From positions 16,921 to 80,920 of the forward strand of contig JBCCKH010000019.1 in NCBI GenBank assembly GCA_039027495.1: a stretch of DNA of 64,000 nucleotides, given 5' to 3'. The notes beneath the pieces were generated by a model. The model saw only the letters and a list, made by a program, of their open reading frames with translations, was not told the DNA's origin and searched no databases. Origin of the DNA: Bacteroidota bacterium. Lineage in GTDB: Bacteria > Bacteroidota > Bacteroidia > Flavobacteriales > Flavobacteriaceae. The position numbers and the translations under genes are program-made. Shown here in pieces: positions 28,796 to 37,794 of this stretch (position 1 is its first letter; every line of letters starts with the position of its first letter).

Positions 28796-29929
28796 TTATG
28801 AATTCGGTAATGGCGGCGGGGTATTTCCGCCTAAAAATGACTTCAATTCTGCTACTTCATTCAATGGAGCCCAGTTGTCCATTCCTTGTTTCCAAACCAA
28901 ACTATCTCGGTTTATGGTACGTCCTGCAAAAAGCGCTTGGAGCTGCTCAAAAGAAACAGGACCTTGTTGAACACCGTTCGTCGCATAAAAGTATTGGACC
29001 TGGGAAGGCATTGGCGGTGGCACTGCGGCCTTGGTTTGTTGTATTTGGGGTGCAGTTCCCATTTGTGGATTCATCATGCCCCCCATCTGTTGGGCCAACA
29101 CGAAGCCCATACCCATGCCCATGCCAGCACCAGCTGTACCGCCTTCATTTTTTGCAGCGGCTTCAATAGCTTTGGCAGTTTTGAATTTGGTCAATTTGTC
29201 CAAATCCAACTTATCGATTCGGCTGTACTCGAAGATTTCCTTTTTCAAATCTTCAGGCATGGAAACATTTTCGATATAGAATTTTTCCAGGGAAATACCA
29301 ACGCTCTCAAATTCAGGCGCCATGACTTCTTTGCAGGTTTCGGACAATTCCGAAGTATTCGCGGCATACAATTCTATGGGAAGGTTGGCTTCTCCCACCG
29401 TGTCTGTAAAGCGCGTAGCAATCAAACTTTTTAAATGTTCATTGATTTCGTAGTTGGTGAAATTGTTGTCGGTACCTACAATGTCAATAATGAACTTTCC
29501 AGCGTCCGAAATACGGAAGGCATAGGTGCCAAAGGCGCGAATTTCTACTAAGCCAAAACGTTCATCGCTAAGCGTAATGGGACTTTTGGTGCCCCATTTT
29601 TCATCTGTGAACAAATGCGTGTTTACAAAATAGACCTCGGCCTTAAAAGGAGAGTTGAATCCATATTTCCAACCTTTTAAGGTGGCGAGAATGGGAAGGT
29701 TTTTTGTAGTTAGATCATAGGTTCCAGGGGTGAAAACATCGGCCAATTGGCCTTCGTTTACAAAAACCGCGGTTTGCCCTTCACGAACAATGAGCTTCGC
29801 ACCGTTTTTGATTTCGTTCTGGTACCGTTCAAATCGATGGGCGATGGTATCGTCGGTGTAGTCTAGCCACTCGACAATATCAATAAACTCATTGCTGAGT
29901 TTTTCTTTGATTTTTCCAAAAATATCCAT
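28796..29929 (-). CDS. SPFH (YdjI / virion-core-like) protein with C-terminal GYF_2 domain
   Basis: FIDIVEW, LIVREGQTAVFVNEGQLAD, FKAEVYFVN, KWGT..RAFGTY, GAGMGMGMG linker, QQGPVSFEQL..LVWKQGMDNW. Start reassigned to MDIFGK. Confidence 0.88.
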   Translation of the reverse strand: MDIFGKIKEKLSNEFIDIVEWLDYTDDTIAHRFERYQNEIKNGAKLIVREGQTAVFVNEGQLADVFTPGTYDLTTKNLPILATLKGWKYGFNSPFKAEVYFVNTHLFTDEKWGTKSPITLSDERFGLVEIRAFGTYAFRISDAGKFIIDIVGTDNNFTNYEINEHLKSLIATRFTDTVGEANLPIELYAANTSELSETCKEVMAPEFESVGISLEKFYIENVSMPEDLKKEIFEYSRIDKLDLDKLTKFKTAKAIEAAAKNEGGTAGAGMGMGMGFVLAQQMGGMMNPQMGTAPQIQQTKAAVPPPMPSQVQYFYATNGVQQGPVSFEQLQALFAGRTINRDSLVWKQGMDNWAPLNEVAELKSFLGGNTPPPLPNS

Positions 29930-30049
29930 GGGTATAGTGTTTTTAGGTTTTGCGCTTAAAGCTAAAAAAAATGCATTAGGGATACATTCCATTGGTACAA
30001 AAACCGCGAACAATGTTACAATCGGTAGATGAAGTAGTATTTTTAGGTT

Positions 30050-30430
30050 ATGGGAGAAAAGAACGTTTTGGGCACCAAACTTAAAGCCTGCTGTTTTGAA
30101 CCGAAAACAGGATATTATCGGGATGGTTATTGTAAAACAGGTGCAGAGGACATTGGAACGCATGTGGTCTGTGCCATTATGACGGATGCGTTTTTGCGTT
30201 TTACACGTAGTCGTGGCAATGATTTGATAACACCACTTCCTTATTTTCAATTTCCAGGATTAAAAGCTGGAGATAAATGGTGTTTGTGCGTTTCACGATG
30301 GAAAGAAGCCTTTGTTGAAGGATTGGCGCCACCAGTGATTTTAGAAGGCACACATGAAAAAGCGTTGGATTATGTCAGTTTCGAATCCCTTTTGGAACAC
30401 AAATACACGCCCAAGCAAAGCGAGCACTAG
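30050..30430 (+). CDS. DUF2237 family protein
   Basis: NVLGTKLKACC..TGYYRDGYC..GTHVVCA..GNDL..GDKWCLCVSRW. Confidence 0.9.
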   Translation: MGEKNVLGTKLKACCFEPKTGYYRDGYCKTGAEDIGTHVVCAIMTDAFLRFTRSRGNDLITPLPYFQFPGLKAGDKWCLCVSRWKEAFVEGLAPPVILEGTHEKALDYVSFESLLEHKYTPKQSEH

Positions 30431-31443
30431 TTGGGTTTTACCCTGTAGGTAATGTTTCTATTGGTAATGACATTGGAGGTAACGGTCAAGGTAACATCTC
30501 CTGTATCGCAAAGTACGCTGTCATCTACAAATTCCATGCTGCATAATGAGGGAAGTGACGAACCGCTCCCATCCATAAAGCGACCTAAAATGACATCCGT
30601 AGCCAGAGAAGTATCAAGCGGCGAGTTGGGTGGCGCAAAGGCGAAGGTTGTGGTAGTACCATTTGCGGTATAAGTAACCTCACCTGTGATTTCGCTATAA
30701 CTTACGGAATAAGGATTGTTTCCACTGATGAAATTCCCCAGGGTAATGGTGAATTCTTCCTGAAGGCCAGTAGTTCCATTGATAACCGTCGCACGAATCC
30801 CCATTTGATTTCCGGTAATGTGATAGATTCTGAAATTTCCTGCCGTAACAATGTCCGCCGTACTTTCTTGGTCTTGATATTCAAAGGATACCGTGAAGCT
30901 GGTGAAATCAAAAATTCCAGTAGCATTTGGCACGACAATATCAAAACCGGTTGAACCTCCAGCCCCCGAAGGGAAATGGATTCCACAACCAATTTGTGCC
31001 GCATTTGCGTTTACCGAAGTGGCATCAGGGCCTACCGTGGCATCGGTTATGGTCGCAGTATCAAAATCAAAACGCGAAACCAACACACTCGGCGTGCCAT
31101 CATCGCAAACCTGATAGGTAAACGAATCTGGGCCTACATACCCCGAATTGGGGATGTAGGTAAAACTTCCATCTGAGTTCAAGGTTACCGCGCCAGAAGT
31201 TGGGGTCGTCACAGGAGTGGTTCGAACAGTCATGGTATTGTCCCCATTGGCATCTGAATCATTGGCCAACAGGCCATTTCCAGCGTTTACTACCAAAGTT
31301 GCATTGATACCGACTTGGTAGGTGTCATCCGTGGCAATGGGAGCTGACTTCTGACCGAAGAGCGAGCAACCAGCATACAAAAGCGTTGCTAGCCCAAGGG
31401 ATAGGCGCCTTGAAAAAAGCAACTTGAAACTTCGGTCTTGCAT
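30427..31443 (-). CDS. Secreted cadherin-like/Big_9 Ig-domain protein with internal beta-sandwich insert
   Basis: Signal peptide; ATDDTY..GLLANDSD..NSDGSFTYIP..FTYQVCDDG; C-terminal VITNRNITYRV. Start uncertain (31443 chosen). Confidence 0.75.
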   Translation of the reverse strand: MQDRSFKLLFSRRLSLGLATLLYAGCSLFGQKSAPIATDDTYQVGINATLVVNAGNGLLANDSDANGDNTMTVRTTPVTTPTSGAVTLNSDGSFTYIPNSGYVGPDSFTYQVCDDGTPSVLVSRFDFDTATITDATVGPDATSVNANAAQIGCGIHFPSGAGGSTGFDIVVPNATGIFDFTSFTVSFEYQDQESTADIVTAGNFRIYHITGNQMGIRATVINGTTGLQEEFTITLGNFISGNNPYSVSYSEITGEVTYTANGTTTTFAFAPPNSPLDTSLATDVILGRFMDGSGSSLPSLCSMEFVDDSVLCDTGDVTLTVTSNVITNRNITYRVKPN

Positions 31444-31678
31444 AACATTCAAAAGTATTGCTCCAACTGGATTAAATGAAAGATATGTTGTGTCTCTTCT
31501 AAAAAATAGGGTAAACGCAATCAAAATCAATATGTTACAAAAGTAAGTATCGTTTGTTTTCAAGACTGTTAAAGTCAATAGGTCCTTTTTTGAGGTCCTT
31601 TAAACTTTTATCAAACGAGTTGGGGCCAGTGCCCTATTTTCCCTAAATTTAGATTCGACTAATTCAACGCAAAAGAAA

Positions 31679-34600
31679 ATGAAAGTATGCCTAGTAAAGG
31701 CCAGCTCAATACTGCTGGCTTTGGTTTTTATGCCTTTGTCTACGGAGGCACAACGTAGAAAAAACACTTCAACTTCACCCGAGTATCCCGAAGAACTCTA
31801 TTCCAGTTTGAGTTATCGCTTGGTAGGACCCTTTCGAGGAGGCCGCTCCGCGGCAGTTACCGGTGTGCCAGGTGAACCCAACCTATTTTATTTTGGAGCC
31901 ACTGGAGGTGGCGTTTGGAAGACCACAGATGGTGGACGCTCATGGGGTAATATTTCTGACGGATTTTTTGGAGGAAGTATTGGCTCGGTTGAGGTGGCTA
32001 AAAGTGATCCAAATGTGATTTACGCGGGAGGAGGGGAGAAAACGGTTCGTGGCAATGTTTCTTCTGGCTACGGTATTTGGAAGACCGTTGATGCTGGAAA
32101 AACATGGATGCAAATGGGCCTTGAAAAAAGCCGACACATTCCTAGAATAAAAGTCCACCCCACCAACCATGATATTGTGTATGCCGCAGTAATGGGGAAT
32201 ATTTACAAACCCACCCAAGAAAGAGGCATCTATAAAAGCACTGATGGGGGCAAGAGTTGGAAAAAAGTACTGTTTGTCAATGACCAAGCTGGTGCAGTGG
32301 ACCTTACTTTGGACCCCAGCAACCCGAGAATTCTATACGCTTCTACTTGGCGCGTGCAACGAACCCCCTACAGCCTAAGTAGTGGAGGAGATGGTTCTGC
32401 ACTTTGGAAAAGTACCGACAGCGGGGAAACATGGAAAGAAATCTCTAAGAACGAAGGTTTTCCAAAAGATACCCTAGGGATTATTGGGGTAACCGTTTCG
32501 CCAGTTAATTCCGAAAGGGTTTGGGCCATAGTTGAAAACAAAGAAAAAGGCGGATTGTACCGGTCGGATGACGGCGGCACAAAATGGACCCAAGTCAATA
32601 AAGAACGAAAATTGCGCCAACGGGCTTGGTATTATACCCGGGTTTATGCCGACACCGAAGATGCGGATAAAGTATATGTGCTCAATGTTCGCTATCATCG
32701 GAGCACTGATGGGGGTAAAACGTTCAAAACGTTCAACGCACCACACGGAGACCACCATGATTTATGGATAGCACCTGAGAATTCCAATCGGATGATTATT
32801 GGAGATGACGGAGGAGCGCAAGTAAGTTATGATGGTGGTGAAACCTGGAGTACTTACTACAATCAACCCACCGCTCAGTTTTATAGGGTGACCACTGATA
32901 ATGCTTTTCCGTATCGCATTTACGTAGCGCAACAAGACAACAGCACCATTCGCATCAACCATCGCAGCGACGGTGGGTCCATTGATGAAGACGACTGGGA
33001 ACCTACCGCTGGCGGGGAAAGTGCCCATATCGCCATTGACCCAACCAATAATGACATTGTGTATGGTGGGAGTTACGGTGGGTTCTTGACTAGGGTGAAT
33101 CATGAGAACAAGACGGTTCGCGGCATCAATGTTTGGCCCGATAATCCCATGGGGTACGGCGCCGAAGGCATGAAGTATCGTTTTCAATGGAATTTCCCCA
33201 TCATTTTCAGCAAACACGACCCGAAAAAGCTCTATACCTTTTCCAATCATGTGCATTTGAGCACCAATGAAGGTCAAAGTTGGAAGTTGTTGAGCGATGA
33301 TTTGACGCGTAACGACCCCTCTCGATTGGTATCCAGTGGTGGACCCATAACCCAAGACAATACTGGGGTTGAGTATTACTGCACCATTTTCGCTGCAAAC
33401 GAAAGCCCTTTAAAGGAAGGCTTGTTATGGGTGGGTAGTGATGATGGGCTTATTCATATTACCAAAGATGGCGGACAAAACTGGGAAAACATTACCCCTG
33501 CCAGCCTTCCTGAATGGAGCATGATTAACAGTATTGAACCTTCCGCTTTTGACGAGGGTACTTGTTACGTAGCCGCAACACGCTATAAACTGGGAGATTT
33601 CAAACCCTATTTGTACAAAACCACAGACTACGGAAAAACATGGACCAAAATCACGAACGGAATCAATAATGAACATTTTACCCGAGTGCTTCGAGAAGAC
33701 CCAAAACGAAAAGGGTTGCTCTATGCTGGAACTGAGACCGGAATGTATGTTTCGTTCAATGACGGAAGTAGCTGGCAAAAATTCCAGTTGAACCTTCCGA
33801 TTGTACCCGTTACTGATTTGGCGTTAAAAGACAACAATCTCGTGGTGGCTACCCAAGGTCGTAGCGTTTGGGTAATTGATGACTTAACGGTATTGCATCA
33901 GTTGGAAGCTTCCCAAAAAACTTCGAATGCAATTTTATTCCAACCGAAGGATAGTTATCGCACCAAAGGGCGTGCGGCCAAAAAGCCCTCCAAAACGGAA
34001 GGACAAAATCATCCCAATGGTGTGGTGACCCATTATTATTTAAAAAGCTTCGATAAAGAAAAGGATACCATCCAATTGACCTATTTGTCGATGCAAGGAG
34101 ATACGTTGGCCAAGTATAGCTCTTATGCCAAGGAAAAGAAAAGTAAACTTACCGGTATCAAAAAAGGCGGCAACACCCATGTTTGGGATACTCGCGGCAA
34201 GGGAGCTGAAAAATTGAAGGGCATGATTTTGTGGTGGGCCAATTTGAATGGAGCAAAATCCGTTCCAGGGAATTATAAAGTTGCCTTGAATGTGAATGGA
34301 AGCGACCAATCTGAAACGTTCAAGATTTTGCCTGATCCAAGAGCTGAGGTTTCGGTGGCGGATATGCAAAAACAATACGATTTTATTGCTGACATTAACG
34401 AAACCGTAGACAAGGCGCATCAATCCATCAAAAAGATTCGAAAAATAAATACCAAGCTCGATGCTTTCATGAAACAATACAAAGACAATGAGCAAACCAA
34501 AAGCTTGGTGGAAAAGGCCAAAACCATGAAAGAAGGGTTTGGCGCGATTGAAAAAGCACTGTATCAGACCAAAAACCGCAGTAATCAAGATCCGCTGAAT

Positions 34601-34819
34601 TTTCCGATACGGTTGACGAACAAGTTGGCGCATTTGAGTAGTTTGGTTTCCATTGATGATTTCCCACCAACGGAACAAGACATCGAAGTGAAAAATGAGC
34701 TTTCTGGAAAAATCAAAAGTGAGCTGACCAAATTCGACACCATGATTGATAAAGAAATTGAAGTATTCAACACCGAATTCAATCAATTGGGATTGGATTA
34801 TTTGTCTGTTGAAGAGTAA
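31679..34819 (+). CDS. VPS10/sortilin-like BNR-repeat glycosyl hydrolase
   Basis: GPFRGGRS, many SxDxGxTW Asp-boxes, HGDHH, C-terminal helical extension. Confidence 0.88.
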   Translation: MKVCLVKASSILLALVFMPLSTEAQRRKNTSTSPEYPEELYSSLSYRLVGPFRGGRSAAVTGVPGEPNLFYFGATGGGVWKTTDGGRSWGNISDGFFGGSIGSVEVAKSDPNVIYAGGGEKTVRGNVSSGYGIWKTVDAGKTWMQMGLEKSRHIPRIKVHPTNHDIVYAAVMGNIYKPTQERGIYKSTDGGKSWKKVLFVNDQAGAVDLTLDPSNPRILYASTWRVQRTPYSLSSGGDGSALWKSTDSGETWKEISKNEGFPKDTLGIIGVTVSPVNSERVWAIVENKEKGGLYRSDDGGTKWTQVNKERKLRQRAWYYTRVYADTEDADKVYVLNVRYHRSTDGGKTFKTFNAPHGDHHDLWIAPENSNRMIIGDDGGAQVSYDGGETWSTYYNQPTAQFYRVTTDNAFPYRIYVAQQDNSTIRINHRSDGGSIDEDDWEPTAGGESAHIAIDPTNNDIVYGGSYGGFLTRVNHENKTVRGINVWPDNPMGYGAEGMKYRFQWNFPIIFSKHDPKKLYTFSNHVHLSTNEGQSWKLLSDDLTRNDPSRLVSSGGPITQDNTGVEYYCTIFAANESPLKEGLLWVGSDDGLIHITKDGGQNWENITPASLPEWSMINSIEPSAFDEGTCYVAATRYKLGDFKPYLYKTTDYGKTWTKITNGINNEHFTRVLREDPKRKGLLYAGTETGMYVSFNDGSSWQKFQLNLPIVPVTDLALKDNNLVVATQGRSVWVIDDLTVLHQLEASQKTSNAILFQPKDSYRTKGRAAKKPSKTEGQNHPNGVVTHYYLKSFDKEKDTIQLTYLSMQGDTLAKYSSYAKEKKSKLTGIKKGGNTHVWDTRGKGAEKLKGMILWWANLNGAKSVPGNYKVALNVNGSDQSETFKILPDPRAEVSVADMQKQYDFIADINETVDKAHQSIKKIRKINTKLDAFMKQYKDNEQTKSLVEKAKTMKEGFGAIEKALYQTKNRSNQDPLNFPIRLTNKLAHLSSLVSIDDFPPTEQDIEVKNELSGKIKSELTKFDTMIDKEIEVFNTEFNQLGLDYLSVEE

Positions 34820-34836
34820 TTCAAATCCATTATGGA

Positions 34837-34884
34837 TAAAGGGTAAAGAATGTCATTGATATGAAATGAGTTCTTTACCCTTTA
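34837..34884. promoter_or_regulatory. Long inverted repeat abutting the putative promoter of hemJ
   Basis: TAAAGGGTAAAGAA / TTCTTTACCCTTTA 14-bp arms; TACCTTTG (TAnnTTTG) at 34883-34890. Confidence 0.55.
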
Positions 34885-34896
34885 CCTTTGCGGGTA

Positions 34897-35448
34897 ATGG
34901 CAAACTATTACGACTATATTAAATCCTTACACCTCATTTTTGTGGTGACTTGGTTTGCCGGGTTGTTTTACATCCCTAGGCTTTTTATCTATCATATAGA
35001 GGCATCCTATAAGCCTTCTCCGGACAGGGAGATTTTGACCACACAATTAAAGCTGATGACCAAACGACTTTGGTTCATCATCACATGGCCCTCGGCCATT
35101 CTTTGCACCTTTTTTGCCATTTGGCTGTTGGTCATTATTCCAGCCTGGTTGAGCCAACCCTGGATGCACGTAAAATTGGGTTTTGTGCTGCTTTTGATAG
35201 GGTATCACCTAAAGTGCCATCAAATCTTCAAACAATTGCAACGTGATGAGGTCAAGTATACCTCTCGATTCATGCGTATTTGGAACGAAGTAGCGACGTT
35301 GGTTTTGTTTGCCGTGGTTTTTTTGGTAGTCTTGAAAAATGCCTTCAATTGGATTTATGGAGTAATCGGCATTTTTACCCTGGCCATTTTGCTCATGCTT
35401 GGCATACGCCTGTACAAACGCATTCGAGACAAAAACCCGAATGCCTGA
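34897..35448 (+). CDS. hemJ: CopD-family protoporphyrinogen IX oxidase HemJ
   Basis: IKSLHLIFVVTWFAGLFYIPRLFIYH, WMHVKL, RIWNEV. Confidence 0.88.
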   Translation: MANYYDYIKSLHLIFVVTWFAGLFYIPRLFIYHIEASYKPSPDREILTTQLKLMTKRLWFIITWPSAILCTFFAIWLLVIIPAWLSQPWMHVKLGFVLLLIGYHLKCHQIFKQLQRDEVKYTSRFMRIWNEVATLVLFAVVFLVVLKNAFNWIYGVIGIFTLAILLMLGIRLYKRIRDKNPNA

Positions 35449-35516
35449 CTTTTGTGTTTGGAACGGTACCCAAGAATGGTGTGATTATTGCTTAATTTTA
35501 CGAGAAAGCTCCAAAG

Positions 35517-36977
35517 TTGTTCAAAAAACTATCCCTTCGGTCGCGGATATTCATCACCATGATTTTATTGGTGCTGATTGCATCGGTCTTGATTGCCGGG
35601 GTAACCATCTACCAGTATCGTGAACAAAGCAGAGACTACCACGAAAACCGACTAGAGCGAAAGGAAGAGCAAATTCTACAAAGCATCTCCTATGTCCTTC
35701 GTGAAACCACTTATCCGGAAACTTCGGAAAACTTGGAGTACATTTTCATGGATGAGATTTATAAGATTGCTGATGTGCAAAACGTGCCCTTCAATATTTA
35801 CGATTTGGATGGTACATTGGTGAAGAGCTCACGACCAAGCTTTGAAGCAGACTCCATCTCAAATTGTTTGGATGCATCGGTTTTGAACAGTTTATTGGAC
35901 AGTGGCAATAGTCGTTATGTAGAGAAGAAAACTGCCGCCGGAGGCAAGTATCAGGCATCTTACACCTACATCAACGACAGCAAGTTTAAACCAATTGGTA
36001 TCATGAACTTGCCCTATTATGAGGATAATTCTTTTAGCAATATGGAGCTGCGGGAATTTCTGTTCCGCTTGGCCGGGGTATACCTTATCATGTTGCTGAG
36101 CGCCATCGTTTTGGCCTACTTTATTTCTAAATACATTACCCGTTCATTACAGACGATTTCGGATAAAATGAACCAAACGGACCTGACCCAACGCAATGAA
36201 AAAATCCAAATAGACAATCCGAGTGAAGAGATTCGGGCTTTAGTGGATTCTTACAATAGTAAAATTGATGAACTAGAAGAAAGTGCTACAAAATTGGCGC
36301 GAAGTGAACGTGAACAGGCTTGGCGTGAAATGGCCAAACAAGTCGCCCACGAAATCAAGAACCCCTTGACGCCGATGCGACTTTCCGTTCAAAGTTTTGA
36401 ACGCAAATTCAATCCTGAATCTGATGATGCCCAAGAAAAGGTAAAAGAGTTTTCAAACACGCTCATTCAGCAAATTGATACCATGAGCAACATCGCTTCA
36501 GCCTTTTCCAATTTTGCCAAAATGCCGGCACAGCAAAATGAAACATTGAACGTGGTGAACATTGTGAAGTTGGCGTTGGACATTTTCAATGAAAACTACA
36601 TTCATTTCATTACGGATGAGGAAGAAATTGTGGCCAAACTCGACCGCACCCAATTGATACGGGTCATTACCAATTTAGTCAAGAACGCCATCCAAGCCAT
36701 GACCGAAGTCAATTCCCCAAGAATTTTGGTCACTGTGGCTTCCGAAGGCAATCAAGTCAAGATTTCGGTAGCCGATAATGGGGTTGGGATTGCAGATGAG
36801 GTAAAAGAAAAGATTTTTGAACCCAAGTTCACCACCAAAACCAGCGGTATGGGCCTTGGACTGGGCATGGTAAAAAATATTGTTGAAAATTATCACGGGA
36901 CCATTGATTTTACCAGTCAGGTAGAAAAAGGCACTGTGTTCACGGTTAAATTTCCAAAAGAAGTCAAATCTGCTTAA
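35517..36977 (+). CDS. Sensor histidine kinase (NtrY-like, HAMP)
   Basis: Two TM segments, [15 protein letters not shown]-box, NLVKNA, DNGVG, GMGLGL. Confidence 0.92.
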   Translation: MFKKLSLRSRIFITMILLVLIASVLIAGVTIYQYREQSRDYHENRLERKEEQILQSISYVLRETTYPETSENLEYIFMDEIYKIADVQNVPFNIYDLDGTLVKSSRPSFEADSISNCLDASVLNSLLDSGNSRYVEKKTAAGGKYQASYTYINDSKFKPIGIMNLPYYEDNSFSNMELREFLFRLAGVYLIMLLSAIVLAYFISKYITRSLQTISDKMNQTDLTQRNEKIQIDNPSEEIRALVDSYNSKIDELEESATKLARSEREQAWREMAKQVAHEIKNPLTPMRLSVQSFERKFNPESDDAQEKVKEFSNTLIQQIDTMSNIASAFSNFAKMPAQQNETLNVVNIVKLALDIFNENYIHFITDEEEIVAKLDRTQLIRVITNLVKNAIQAMTEVNSPRILVTVASEGNQVKISVADNGVGIADEVKEKIFEPKFTTKTSGMGLGLGMVKNIVENYHGTIDFTSQVEKGTVFTVKFPKEVKSA

Positions 36978-36987
36978 ATACACATTC

Positions 36988-37770
36988 ATGAACTACGAAA
37001 ACGTCTATATTGAAGAAGAAAACCATTTGGCCACGGTTTTCATCAATCGCCCTAAAAAACTAAATGCCCTGAACCGACACACCATTGCAGAGCTGTCAAA
37101 CGCCTTTCAGGAGCTGGATGAAGATGTGAATATCAAGGTGATTCTCTTGACCGGTGTTGGCGAGAAAGCCTTTGTTGCTGGAGCAGATATTTCCGAGTTC
37201 GCCAGTTTTTCGGTGGAGCAAGGCCGCACCTTGGCCGCTCAAGGGCAAAACGAACTTTTTGATGCCGTGGAAAAGTTGGGTACACCTGTCATTGCCGCAG
37301 TAAATGGTTTTGCGCTTGGTGGTGGATTGGAATTGGCCATGTCGTGTCATTTTCGAGTGGCCAGTGATAATGCCAAAATGGGCCTGCCCGAAGTTTCGCT
37401 TGGCGTGATTCCAGGTTATGGCGGCACACAACGTCTGCCGCAACTGGTTGGGAAAGGTCGCGCCATGGAAATCATCATGACGGCTGGAATGATTGATGCC
37501 CAAAAAGCACTGTCTTATGGTTTGGTGAACCATGTGGTAACCTTAGAAGAGTTATTGCCAACCTGCAAAAAGCTGGCAAGCAGGATATCGAATAATTCCA
37601 GTGTGGCCATAAAACATGCAATAAAAGCCGTAAATGCTGGTTATAGCTATGATGTTGACGGCTATCAGGTCGAAATCAATGCGTTTGGAACTTGCTTTGG
37701 CACCAATGATTTTAAAGAAGGTACCATGGCATTTTTGGAAAAACGAAAAGCAGATTTCCCCGGTTCGTAG
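36988..37770 (+). CDS. Enoyl-CoA hydratase/isomerase
   Basis: AFVAGADI, NGFALGGGLELAMSC, GLPEVSLGVIPGYGGTQRL. Confidence 0.95.
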   Translation: MNYENVYIEEENHLATVFINRPKKLNALNRHTIAELSNAFQELDEDVNIKVILLTGVGEKAFVAGADISEFASFSVEQGRTLAAQGQNELFDAVEKLGTPVIAAVNGFALGGGLELAMSCHFRVASDNAKMGLPEVSLGVIPGYGGTQRLPQLVGKGRAMEIIMTAGMIDAQKALSYGLVNHVVTLEELLPTCKKLASRISNNSSVAIKHAIKAVNAGYSYDVDGYQVEINAFGTCFGTNDFKEGTMAFLEKRKADFPGS

Positions 37771-37794
37771 TCGTTCATCGACCAATCGAACCCC

